Notes under the pieces: model-generated
What the model was told of the DNA's origin: nothing
The model's database searches: none
The model's input: the letters and a program-made list of their open reading frames with translations, nothing else
Shown: positions 8,343-17,308 of the stretch, in pieces
Layout: each line of letters opens with the position of its first letter
Position numbering within the stretch: the first letter of the stretch is position 1
Source: a virus
Length of the DNA: 64,000 bases
IMG/VR virus record: IMGVR_UViG_3300030430_004991
Coordinates: 15,298-79,297 of that record
Strand: one strand, 5' to 3'
Translations under genes and position numbers: made by a program

Positions 8343-11300
8343 TTAAATGTTTACCTTGGCATAGCCATCAATTTTATCAATGTCTATCGTCATGTCCACC
8401 ACATCTTTTAGATGATCAAGGTGAGAGATAATCAAAACTGTTTTGAATTGGTTCTTTATCATCTGCAATAGTCTTGTGAACCCTTCCATGTGTTCTTGAT
8501 CTAATGCCGTTGCCGGTTCGTCAAGAATAAACAGTTCGGACTTTGGAAGATTGGTTATCGCAATCATCGCAAGACGTATGGCCATCGAAGCAATTGTCTT
8601 TTCTGCTCCTGATCCCATGGACAACGGACGAGCCGCATAGTTGGGATGTTTGATGGAGAGTTCAAGTTTGTTGTCATGATTCTCAAAGAACACTTCAAAG
8701 TCAACAATGTTGGCTAAGATCTTTGCGATCTCTTGATTGATAATCGGTAGCTTTTGCTGAATGATCTCGTATGAAATACCATTAGCATGCATGCAAGTCG
8801 TGTAGATGTCGAAAGCACGATACTCGTTCATAACATCTTTGTATTCATTCTTCTCGTTGTAAAGACCACGAATAACTTCTTTCATTGCCGCTTCTTCCAC
8901 AAGATACTCTTGAGAAAGTTTATTGCATTCCTTCAGTGTTACCTTGTTCTCTTTAATTTTCTTTATAAGAGCCTTTTGGTCTCCGTACAAAGATTCCTTA
9001 TTCTCGATAGCTTCACGATTATCTTCATATTCTTTAGCTTTCGCTTCGAGAGCATCAATCTCGTTAGTTAACAAAGCAATGGTTGCTTCGTTTTTCTGAA
9101 TAGACATTTTTTGTCTTTCCATGTTAATCTCACAAGAGTCAATCTCAGATCTAAGATCATTAAACTTTTGGATGTTATTTTGAATTGTTTTAATGTCATA
9201 CTCTTCAAGTTTAACTGTCGCTTGATGGAGAGACTCGGCGAGATCATCTAACAAATTCATGTTATAGGGCAGATCTGCTTTTGCTTTCTCTGCTTGTTTC
9301 ACAAACTCATTGTCACAACAGAACTCACAGTTTGGATCATACTTGTGATTATGAAGCATCGCTGCTGTTTTGTCTAAGTTTTTTAACACGGTCTTCTGGT
9401 GCTTCACTTGTTGCTCAAAGGCTTTGACAAGTTCTTCTTGGTGCTTTGCTTCTTTTAGCAGAGACATTAGGCGATCATATTGTTTACTGTCGACCTGTTC
9501 ACATGTTTGTTCATAAAACTTTTCTAGTCTCTCAACATGTTCTTGTGAATGTAAATTCTGTGAGAGCAGTTTAGTTTTCTTTGTTTTCTTAAACGCTATC
9601 TCTTTGGAAACTTGATTGATGTCAATAATCTCCGCAGGAATTGCGTCGATTGTTTTCTTAACCTCCGCAAGTTCAAGTTCAAACTTTTCTATAGAACAAG
9701 TCAGTTTTTCACATTTATTAACCTGCTCGTCGATGTCCATTCGAATGTCCTCTAGTGTTTCTGTTTTTTTGCGTATTTGTTCGTCAAACTTCTTGCTCTC
9801 CATGCGCTTAATTACACCACGAAGATCAGCAGCATCCTTACGAGCCAATTTATACTTTTGATCAAAGATCTGCAGGTCTAGAAATTTAGCGATAATTTCT
9901 TTTCGTTTAGTAGAGCCCTCTCGCAAGAAAGACATAGAGTCTAGTTGAGATGCCATTGACGTTAAAAAGAAGTCATCAATTGTACCGAAGTGCTTACGAA
10001 TGTTAGCATCGGTTTCGTTTCTGGTTGTACCATTCTTTGACTCAAAGATACCAGCAGTTGTTTTAGAAAAATCTAGATCTACTTTGGATTCTATTGTTTC
10101 TTTCCCTTTTAGTTTCTTTGTGTACTTATTAAGGTTTCGAGTAATCTCGAAAGCGTCATGACCTGCTTCAAGTTTTATTTTACACTTGGCATACTGTTTG
10201 TTTTGGTTGATGATGTGAACATTCTTTCGCTCTCCTTTCGAAGTTGTATTATAAATGTTAAATAACACACTGTCGATAATAGAAGACTTTCCTGAATAAT
10301 TTTTACCAAAGATTCCGACAAGTCCGGATAATTTTTCAAAATTAATCTTATTCTTCTCGCCGTAGTTGAAGAGGTTATCCCACTCAATCTCTTTAATTTT
10401 CCAAACAACATTACGTGATACCTCCTCTGATTCTTCAACAATTTGATTGTATTTTTTATTTAACTCTAAAATCTTATCCATAACGCCATCGTCCATGTCA
10501 AGTTCGCTGCAATACTGTTTTATGTATTTTTCTTGAACAGAAAGATCTCGCAGGTTCTCATTCAAAACTGCTTTACCTATCAAAGATGTAGACGAAGAGT
10601 TGGTGGTGCCATTGTTAATAAAAGAAACAGAATAGGGTTGCCATTTCTTTTGGCAATAATCACACGCTGCTCTTAATTTCATAGGCGAAATGTTAGAAGA
10701 GGCACGTATTCTAAGACGACAGCCCTTTGGCACTATTGTGTTGGGTACTTGTCCTTCCGGTGTTAAGTCTATTGTCACGAACGGTCTGGGGTTTAGTACT
10801 GAGACATGCTGACAATCCCAATCGTATTTATCTCGTATGTTCCACATGAGAAAACCTTTGTTAATTGACTCGCCAAAGTTTTGTTGAATCGTAGAGCCAG
10901 CATATCTTACTCGTCCTTTGAGATCCATTTTCTGTTGCTTGTGAATGTCACCCAGCATGCTAAAGTCAAAATCGCTGAAAATATCAATAGAATCTTCGCC
11001 TTCTTCAATAGTGTAACCTTGTGAGGTTTGGCATCCGTGAATAGACCCGTGATACAAGCCGATATTAATACACTCTCTGTTAGTCGGTTTAACCCAGTTT
11101 TCTCTATCAAAGACCGATAGAACGTTGAGAGTGATCTTTTCATTTATTTTTGTTTCTCCGGAATTTTTAAGAAGATGAATATTTTTGTGACCCAATGCAT
11201 CTACAATCGGAGAAATTGCATCCTGCCTAGTGTCGTTCTTAAGATTACCATCATGGTTTCCTAGTATAATATAAGTAGGAGCAATGTCTCCCAAGTTATG

Positions 11301-11492
11301 CAAAAAACTTGCACACATTTGGAAAAATTCCGGTGATAATTGCGTTTTAGTGTGTGCGATGTCACCGGTGTGTACGATAATGTCGGGAGACATTTGCCGC
11401 AGTTTTTTATAAAGATCTTCGAACGCTAGTTTGTATTCGTAGTGATACTTTAAATTTCTAATGTGTGTATCTGATATATGTGCTATTTTCAT
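8343..11492 (-). CDS. Mre11/SbcD-Rad50/SbcC (gp47-gp46) fusion nuclease-ATPase
   Basis: Phosphoesterase motifs SDTH, GDIAH, GNHD, YHG, GDIH; Walker A GKNYSGKSS; coiled coil with CEFC hook; signature SMGSGAE; Walker B FILDEP; ISH. Confidence 0.93.
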   Translation of the reverse strand: MKIAHISDTHIRNLKYHYEYKLAFEDLYKKLRQMSPDIIVHTGDIAHTKTQLSPEFFQMCASFLHNLGDIAPTYIILGNHDGNLKNDTRQDAISPIVDALGHKNIHLLKNSGETKINEKITLNVLSVFDRENWVKPTNRECINIGLYHGSIHGCQTSQGYTIEEGEDSIDIFSDFDFSMLGDIHKQQKMDLKGRVRYAGSTIQQNFGESINKGFLMWNIRDKYDWDCQHVSVLNPRPFVTIDLTPEGQVPNTIVPKGCRLRIRASSNISPMKLRAACDYCQKKWQPYSVSFINNGTTNSSSTSLIGKAVLNENLRDLSVQEKYIKQYCSELDMDDGVMDKILELNKKYNQIVEESEEVSRNVVWKIKEIEWDNLFNYGEKNKINFEKLSGLVGIFGKNYSGKSSIIDSVLFNIYNTTSKGERKNVHIINQNKQYAKCKIKLEAGHDAFEITRNLNKYTKKLKGKETIESKVDLDFSKTTAGIFESKNGTTRNETDANIRKHFGTIDDFFLTSMASQLDSMSFLREGSTKRKEIIAKFLDLQIFDQKYKLARKDAADLRGVIKRMESKKFDEQIRKKTETLEDIRMDIDEQVNKCEKLTCSIEKFELELAEVKKTIDAIPAEIIDINQVSKEIAFKKTKKTKLLSQNLHSQEHVERLEKFYEQTCEQVDSKQYDRLMSLLKEAKHQEELVKAFEQQVKHQKTVLKNLDKTAAMLHNHKYDPNCEFCCDNEFVKQAEKAKADLPYNMNLLDDLAESLHQATVKLEEYDIKTIQNNIQKFNDLRSEIDSCEINMERQKMSIQKNEATIALLTNEIDALEAKAKEYEDNREAIENKESLYGDQKALIKKIKENKVTLKECNKLSQEYLVEEAAMKEVIRGLYNEKNEYKDVMNEYRAFDIYTTCMHANGISYEIIQQKLPIINQEIAKILANIVDFEVFFENHDNKLELSIKHPNYAARPLSMGSGAEKTIASMAIRLAMIAITNLPKSELFILDEPATALDQEHMEGFTRLLQMIKNQFKTVLIISHLDHLKDVVDMTIDIDKIDGYAKVNI

Positions 11493-11500
11493 GTTACCTC

Positions 11501-11851
11501 CTAATAGTTTCTAGTTTTATAGCGACCACGGCCACTGTGGATTTTGCCAACAAAGCCAACTCGCTTCATTTCTTCTTTCCACTCTTTGCCGTGGTTGTGA
11601 TAAGGTCTTTCCTCATAAAAAACTTCAACAGCGTGATGGCACATCTCGTGCAACAAAATGTTGAGTTTTTGGTAGTGCGTCAGTTTTTTGTCTATTTCTA
11701 TGTAAGACTCTGTCCCTTCTTCTTCATCAGGGTAATGATAAAGACCTTCCGCACGCTCAGCGCTTAAGTCTCTTATTTTTACAGGGATCTTTGTTAGTTT
11801 TCCATCCCAATATTTTTTATTAAATTCATTAAACTTATTTGTCCAGTACAT
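11501..11851 (-). CDS. SprT-like zinc metalloprotease
   Basis: FNKKYWDGKL N-terminus, LLHEMCH, HNHGKEWKEEM. Confidence 0.85.
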   Translation of the reverse strand: MYWTNKFNEFNKKYWDGKLTKIPVKIRDLSAERAEGLYHYPDEEEGTESYIEIDKKLTHYQKLNILLHEMCHHAVEVFYEERPYHNHGKEWKEEMKRVGFVGKIHSGRGRYKTRNY

Positions 11852-11880
11852 GTTTCCTCCTCAAGAATCTGTATACATAT

Positions 11881-11909
11881 ATAATATCACGTTATCTTCG
11901 ACTTGTCAA
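11881..11909 (-). promoter_or_regulatory. sigma70-type early promoter (SprT / Mre11-Rad50)
   Basis: TTGACA-17 nt-TATTAT with TG extended -10. Confidence 0.85.
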
Positions 11910-11919
11910 GTATTTTTTT

Positions 11920-11926
11920 CTATTTA
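11920..11926 (+). promoter_or_regulatory. putative late promoter CTATTTA for the plus-strand gene
   Basis: Matches the late motif; lies upstream of GGAGG and GTG 11955. Confidence 0.4.
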
Positions 11927-11954
11927 TTTATAACAAGACTTGGGAGGGTTAGAT

Positions 11955-12131
11955 GTGGAATATGTCGTTTTTGGTATTATTGTTATTGTTGCTGGTGGTC
12001 TTGCCGGTTATGAATTGATAGAGGGTATTATTGCGGGTATTAAGTTAGATGGAGATGATGAAGAAATTTTTGCTCCAATTGCAGTCTTCTCTTTGTTAGT
12101 TTTTTTTGCCGGCTTATCATATTTTGGCTAA
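11955..12131 (+). CDS. small two-TM membrane protein, the only plausible plus-strand gene
   Basis: GGAGG 7 nt before GTG 11955; fills an otherwise empty gap; two hydrophobic segments around an acidic loop. Confidence 0.55.
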   Translation: MEYVVFGIIVIVAGGLAGYELIEGIIAGIKLDGDDEEIFAPIAVFSLLVFFAGLSYFG

Positions 12132-13052
12132 TTGGTTGTAAAAATTAATTTCATCTAAATCTGGCTCTATCGCTTGAGACATTCTAGATAGAAACTGTTT
12201 GCGTGTCATAGACCCTACATCTTCAACATTCGAAGTATCAATAATCTTGACATCGACATCGTATTTGAATAGGGACTTTATCATGTAGTCTTGCTTCTTC
12301 TTAGCATCTTCATCTAAAGCAAGATACACTGGGGAATCATTAAGAACAATCGCTTGAAATAGCTTACTCTCTTCGCGCAATGTTGAGCCAAGAATAGGAA
12401 TTGCATTTTGTCCGGCGATAATTGCATCGAACAAACCTTCCACCAAGACAACCGGTTCATCCCAATCTACAAACAATTCATTAAACACAACGTTTTTACT
12501 TATTGGAGGATTCAAGTACTTCATTCTGTGTCCTACATAAGAACGAGCAATAAAATAGTTGAGATTACCTGAGTTATTAAATGACGGCACAATTATTCTT
12601 CCGCGATAGCGTCCCTCAGGACAATACCCAATCTTCCACATAAGTATTTCTTTCTTGGTGATTCCTCTTTCGTATAGGTATTCCAAAGGCGCCTTAGAAG
12701 TCTTTGGCAGTCTTTTGTTACACAAAGACACGAAATGCGGTGGTAGTTCCGTAACTTGTTCGATTTCTTCATCATTCATCTCCATAAACATTTGGTCAAA
12801 TTCAGAAAGATCTAGACGGCCATCGAGTTCTAGCCATTTTTGTTTTTGTTGATAAGTACCAAACTTTCGTACAAGTCTGTAAATATTTTTACCGCGCGTA
12901 TCACAAACCCAACATTTAAATGCATTAACACCAAAATTGATTGACATTTTCTTTTTATGATGTCCACAAAATGGACATTCAAATAAAAATTCACTTGATG
13001 ATTGCCTATAGCCACCAAGAATGTCTCGTATAATTCTTAATTTTTCTTCCAT
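12117..13052 (-). CDS. DNA primase (zinc finger plus TOPRIM)
   Basis: CPFC..H...CWVC zinc finger, EYLYERGI, RIIVP, VEGLFDA, ALDED. Confidence 0.9.
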   Translation of the reverse strand: MEEKLRIIRDILGGYRQSSSEFLFECPFCGHHKKKMSINFGVNAFKCWVCDTRGKNIYRLVRKFGTYQQKQKWLELDGRLDLSEFDQMFMEMNDEEIEQVTELPPHFVSLCNKRLPKTSKAPLEYLYERGITKKEILMWKIGYCPEGRYRGRIIVPSFNNSGNLNYFIARSYVGHRMKYLNPPISKNVVFNELFVDWDEPVVLVEGLFDAIIAGQNAIPILGSTLREESKLFQAIVLNDSPVYLALDEDAKKKQDYMIKSLFKYDVDVKIIDTSNVEDVGSMTRKQFLSRMSQAIEPDLDEINFYNQLAKI

Positions 13053-13072
13053 GTTTCCTCCGTCTCAAATAC

Positions 13073-13101
13073 ATATTATCACGGAGTCTAAAAATTGTCA
13101 A
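13073..13101 (-). promoter_or_regulatory. sigma70-type early promoter (primase)
   Basis: TTGACA-17 nt-TAATAT with TG extended -10. Confidence 0.8.
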
Positions 13102-13613
13102 ATATTTATTTTGGAAAATCCAGCCAATGCCACAACAATCGCATCTGCCATGTCATCTGTCCCGGGTTTAGGGTTTCCATGCCTAGTTAACTCTACTATA
13201 AAATGTTTTGGATATTTATTTTCAACCCATTCAATAATTTTCTTTTTAGTATCTTCGCCACGCTTAATTTTGAGACCAACAAGGCCCCTAGCTTTATTCG
13301 CCGCGATAAGTTCTGGGTTACGGCCAAATACTCTACGAACTGCAAAAGAACACATGCCATTAAATCTCTGGAGTTTTGCCATGGTACCAGCAGTTGTTTT
13401 ACCACCACCAAACATTGTGAAAGGTTCTTCTACGAAAACGTTTTTAATTTTATACTCTTTACTAATACCTTTTAAGAATTGGAAAAAAATTTCTGCTCTG
13501 TCTTCTAACTGCAGGGGCTTAAACTTCATTACATTGTGTTCAATTAAATTCTTATCATAATCTAAAATACAATAACCTATTTTACTTGTGCTAACATCTA
13601 AACCTAAAATCAT
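13098..13613 (-). CDS. ruvC: RuvC-like Holliday junction resolvase
   Basis: MILGLDVS, VFVEE, DDMADA catalytic motifs; 171 aa. Confidence 0.85.
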   Translation of the reverse strand: MILGLDVSTSKIGYCILDYDKNLIEHNVMKFKPLQLEDRAEIFFQFLKGISKEYKIKNVFVEEPFTMFGGGKTTAGTMAKLQRFNGMCSFAVRRVFGRNPELIAANKARGLVGLKIKRGEDTKKKIIEWVENKYPKHFIVELTRHGNPKPGTDDMADAIVVALAGFSKINI

Positions 13614-13629
13614 AAAAAACCTCTAATTT

Positions 13630-13658
13630 ATTATAACACGTTTTTATAGATTTGTCAA
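13630..13658 (-). promoter_or_regulatory. sigma70-type early promoter (RuvC)
   Basis: Consensus TTGACA-17 nt-TATAAT with TG extended -10. Confidence 0.88.
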
Positions 13659-13661
13659 GTA

Positions 13662-14072
13662 TTATTTTGGGGGAACGTAAGGTTTTTCTTTCTGCACTAA
13701 ACTTTCGGCCCATTTTAAATCCTCTGGTGATGCTTTTTTAAGAAAATCATCAATTGCCTTCAATAAATTTTGGGCATCTAAGTTTAATCTATCGGGTTTT
13801 TCATTCTCAGGTGTTTTTGACACGATTTCCAAATCTTCTAGGGCCTTTGAGTATCCTATCGCTTTATCAATGTCTTTGGTTTTTTTTACTCTATTTTTTG
13901 CAAAAGCGTGTGCTACTTCAACTGTTTTAGCGTCATACCCCTCAACTCCGGCTTGTGCTGGTCTCCCAAGCATTCCGCCCATAGCCAAGCCACCAGCCAA
14001 AGCAATGTCTTTTAAGGACTCTTCTATTTTTTTTATAGTTTCCTTGTTTTCCTTTAAAATTCTTATTTTCAT
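13662..14072 (-). CDS. hypothetical protein with MKIRILKE leader (putative internal head protein)
   Basis: AGGAG SD; leader shared with the 4898 and 8296 genes; Gly/Ala hydrophobic stretch after IEES. Confidence 0.75.
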   Translation of the reverse strand: MKIRILKENKETIKKIEESLKDIALAGGLAMGGMLGRPAQAGVEGYDAKTVEVAHAFAKNRVKKTKDIDKAIGYSKALEDLEIVSKTPENEKPDRLNLDAQNLLKAIDDFLKKASPEDLKWAESLVQKEKPYVPPK

Positions 14073-14087
14073 TTTTTCTCCTACTAA

Positions 14088-15233
14088 CTAAATATCAAGT
14101 TTTAATTTAAAAGTATATTGCTTTTCCTCTGTCTTCCTAACGGGTGTTGCAACTTTTGCAATCCCAATAAGATTTTTGTCTGCGTCGTAAAGAGCAATTT
14201 TTGAAATATAAGTGGTCTTAATAAAATCAGGCTCTTTGTCTAAAAATTGAGAGTGTACAATATTTTTAATTTTCTTAGGTTGTTCAATGTATTGGACAGA
14301 GCCGGAAGTAACCCCTTGAACTTCTGAGGAGTCCAAGTACGTTGGGTTATTGGAATGATTCAATTGTCCATAGGGTGCCGTTGCTAACATTGTTAAGACT
14401 TGTGTGTGTGTCGTACCCTTATAATCGATAGCATAAGAAGCCGAAAGAGTTGTTGTTGCAATTGTGTTACCGTCATTTGCTCCATAGTTAAAGTGAATCC
14501 ACTTAGAGTTTCCATTTGCATCTGTTTGAATTGTATTGCTATCTAGTGACCAAGAACCCGTAAGAACAAAAAATCCCTCTCTGTACAGACAAACACCCGC
14601 AACAGAACCAGAACCAGTTGAGCCTTCGGGACCAACTTGAACCAACTCTCCGTTATAGTTTTTATCCTGTAGTTCTCCGACTAATGTACCAGTTACGTAA
14701 TATTTCAAAGAAATCGATCCTTTTTTAATTTTTGATCCATAAGTAATCGATGGAATTGAAATTAAGTTAACAATTTGAGAATTTTTGTCTCCTAAACTTG
14801 ATGAGTATTGGTAGTGTGCCGAGTGTATACTATACTCATCTAAAGTGTTTTTTAATGCTAAAAGTTTTGATCTTGTAGCGGTATTATAATAGTATCTGGA
14901 GATGCTGGCAGATAGATTGTAGGCGCCTGTGTCTGTCTCTCCAAAGAGGAGTGATGTGTTATACGAAGACTTACTTCTTGTTTTAAACGTTACTCTTTCG
15001 CCATTTTTTACAATAAAAGGGTGAATTAAGTTACCTGTTGGGCGATCAATGTTATATTCATAAAGAGAGACAAAGCCTTTAGGGACACCAATTATGTTAT
15101 CGGTGTTTGCACCAGATAGATGTGGCGTGCTGTTTATGTAAATCGAACCACTTTGTGTATAGAATCTATACTCTGGATATGCTTCTACCGTATTGATAAA
15201 TAAATCGTCTTCTTCAAATTTATAATAAGACAT
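14088..15233 (-). CDS. virion baseplate/tail structural protein (paralog of 15242..16342)
   Basis: SGS-rich; C-terminus TYISKIALYD..NLIGIAKVATPVRK..FKLKLDI. Confidence 0.65.
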   Translation of the reverse strand: MSYYKFEEDDLFINTVEAYPEYRFYTQSGSIYINSTPHLSGANTDNIIGVPKGFVSLYEYNIDRPTGNLIHPFIVKNGERVTFKTRSKSSYNTSLLFGETDTGAYNLSASISRYYYNTATRSKLLALKNTLDEYSIHSAHYQYSSSLGDKNSQIVNLISIPSITYGSKIKKGSISLKYYVTGTLVGELQDKNYNGELVQVGPEGSTGSGSVAGVCLYREGFFVLTGSWSLDSNTIQTDANGNSKWIHFNYGANDGNTIATTTLSASYAIDYKGTTHTQVLTMLATAPYGQLNHSNNPTYLDSSEVQGVTSGSVQYIEQPKKIKNIVHSQFLDKEPDFIKTTYISKIALYDADKNLIGIAKVATPVRKTEEKQYTFKLKLDI

Positions 15234-15241
15234 GAGGCCCC

Positions 15242-16342
15242 CTAGTAGTCGAGGCGCACTCTGACTGTGAACTCTGTGTCTGATGACTTTTTAAGTGGCT
15301 CACTGAGTTTAGCAGTTGCCAAAAGTTCGTTGTTATCATTGTAAAGCCCAACTGTTGTAATGTACGATACTGGAAGGTCAGAAGATTGAGTTTTCACTCT
15401 AATCTTGCTTCCGGAAAGGTAAGTTGGATTTGTTGAATAGTTGTATTCATTGTGATTAATACGGCAGAAATATACTGTAGAGTTTAATTCCACTGTATTG
15501 TTGAACTGAAGGTTGTAGATTCTAGTCCTTAGATTGTCAGCAAAGCTATCGATTGTTGAGCCGGTTAGTACAGCGTTCAACGGCTCTGATGTTGATGAAG
15601 GTCCACTCATAGAAACATTGTGGAACGAATTATTTAGAATTCCACCAGCGGACGCTTGGTTAAAAATTGAACCAGAAATTACCGCGACACCGGCTTGATA
15701 AAACAAGAGACCAACAGGATAGCGTTGATTGGCGGTAAGCATAGCACTAGATCCAGCAGATGCTGTGGCGTAAAGAATTCCATACTCACCAACTGGGGAG
15801 TTCACAAAATAGCCGTCTGATCCACTAAAATCTGTTATTTTAATTCTATCAGTAAAAACTGCTCCATTCTCAGCATACGCTGGGGTAACCCCGAGTTCCA
15901 GTTCAAAAGTTCCTTTTTTGATTTCATCTTTCGAAAGAAGTCGGGAGTAGTTCATAAAGAAAACATTATCAAGTTTTGTGCCACCTACTATGATGTCACC
16001 GTCTTCATCAAATCGCTGAATAGATCCAGTGTGATCGTAACCAACAAGAACTTGAGCCATTTGATTATAAATGTTTAATTTTTTGGATGCTTGGTTTGCT
16101 ACCGTCAGACTTGATTCGGCACCGATACCAACTGTGATGTCAAAAATGTGGTTTGCGGAAGAACTTAGGTAGGGATAGTCGTATACCGATTGAAACATAC
16201 CATGAGCATAATTCTTGATGTTCTCGGTACCATAGGTTCCAGAAACAATCGTACCAGTTAAAGGAATTGCTTCGTGAAGAAGTGTCCTTGTGTTTGCGAC
16301 ATCTTTTCCGATGTCTAATGATTTGTAAAAACTTTCAGCCAT
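15242..16342 (-). CDS. virion baseplate/tail structural protein
   Basis: C-terminus SYITTVGLYN..ELLATAKLSEPLKK..VRVRLDY, reminiscent of the tail-collar DUF3751 C-terminal half. Confidence 0.65.
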   Translation of the reverse strand: MAESFYKSLDIGKDVANTRTLLHEAIPLTGTIVSGTYGTENIKNYAHGMFQSVYDYPYLSSSANHIFDITVGIGAESSLTVANQASKKLNIYNQMAQVLVGYDHTGSIQRFDEDGDIIVGGTKLDNVFFMNYSRLLSKDEIKKGTFELELGVTPAYAENGAVFTDRIKITDFSGSDGYFVNSPVGEYGILYATASAGSSAMLTANQRYPVGLLFYQAGVAVISGSIFNQASAGGILNNSFHNVSMSGPSSTSEPLNAVLTGSTIDSFADNLRTRIYNLQFNNTVELNSTVYFCRINHNEYNYSTNPTYLSGSKIRVKTQSSDLPVSYITTVGLYNDNNELLATAKLSEPLKKSSDTEFTVRVRLDY

Positions 16343-16352
16343 TATTTTCTCT

Positions 16353-17270
16353 CTATGAAATTATTGATTTAACGAAACGAACAGGGATGTCAACAGAATA
16401 TCCAGTTTTCATCCCTGTGACTCTCACAACGGAGTCGATGTGCCTAACAGATTTGCCCTCTAAAGTTGATGTTCCACCCAATTCTGTGAAAAGGAAAGTG
16501 CTGGTGTTCAGATCAATCGAGGATCCAATTTTAAACTCTAGCCGAGTTCCGCGAGGACCGGCAATTGTTTGACTTTCTGCATTTCTGTCGTTTGTAATTT
16601 GTGTTACAAGTCCTACATCGACAGTATAAAAAGCTATGTTGTCATCGTCGATGTAATCCTCAGGCACCATCTCACCATCTTTAGTTGCTATCTTACCTAG
16701 ACGGTTATCGATTTGTATAATATAAGAATCTTCAATCAAATCCGGATCTAAAGTTTGTTTTGGAGACACTTCTACTGAATCAACTCCTTGATCCAAGCGA
16801 ATGTAATTATCTCCATCTAGAGACTCCCCAAAGATTACACCAATAACAGGTTCTCCGTTATTGTATCCTACCGCGTATAAATTTGCATTATTAGTTGATC
16901 CCTCTGTTTCTGCGTCGACAGCGACCACGAAGGTGCCCAAACTGTGCATTTTAGTATTGGTTCCCAATTGATTAATCTTAACCACAGGTAGGTACAGCAA
17001 ATTTGTTGAAGAATATGAAACTAGTTTTGATTTCACAGACCCAGCATTGTCAGTAAATGCCTCTAAAACAGGAGTTTGAAGTATTTCAACATCATAGTAA
17101 GCAGACCCACTAGGATGCGTTGGATTGTATAATGTATAATTGATTTCATCATCTGCTAGTGCAAATTTTGTAATCTGAAAAGATCCATCTCCTTTAGCCA
17201 GAAGTTTTCTTCCGTGATCTGTTAGAACAGCGTCTAAAATAATATCACCGCTATTGTCTAGAAAGCCCAT
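16353..17270 (-). CDS. virion structural protein (paralog of 22002..22946)
   Basis: N-terminus AVLTDHGRKLLAKG..ITKFALADDEINY. Confidence 0.65.
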   Translation of the reverse strand: MGFLDNSGDIILDAVLTDHGRKLLAKGDGSFQITKFALADDEINYTLYNPTHPSGSAYYDVEILQTPVLEAFTDNAGSVKSKLVSYSSTNLLYLPVVKINQLGTNTKMHSLGTFVVAVDAETEGSTNNANLYAVGYNNGEPVIGVIFGESLDGDNYIRLDQGVDSVEVSPKQTLDPDLIEDSYIIQIDNRLGKIATKDGEMVPEDYIDDDNIAFYTVDVGLVTQITNDRNAESQTIAGPRGTRLEFKIGSSIDLNTSTFLFTELGGTSTLEGKSVRHIDSVVRVTGMKTGYSVDIPVRFVKSIIS

Positions 17271-17295
17271 GTATTTCTCCTATTATTATTCATAG

Positions 17296-17303
17296 TAAAT
17301 AGT
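17296..17303 (-). promoter_or_regulatory. putative late promoter ACTATTTA
   Basis: In the intergenic gap, about 25 nt upstream of ATG 17270, which has an AGGAG SD. Confidence 0.6.
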
Positions 17304-17308
17304 TTGTC

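Noticed and set aside
13021-13560. 179-aa plus-strand ORF
   Set aside because: Almost entirely antisense to the well-supported RuvC gene; no SD or recognisable motif
14089-14096. GATATTTA as a late promoter for 13662..14072
   Set aside because: Mismatch in the CTA core and overlap with the upstream stop codon; too weak to call
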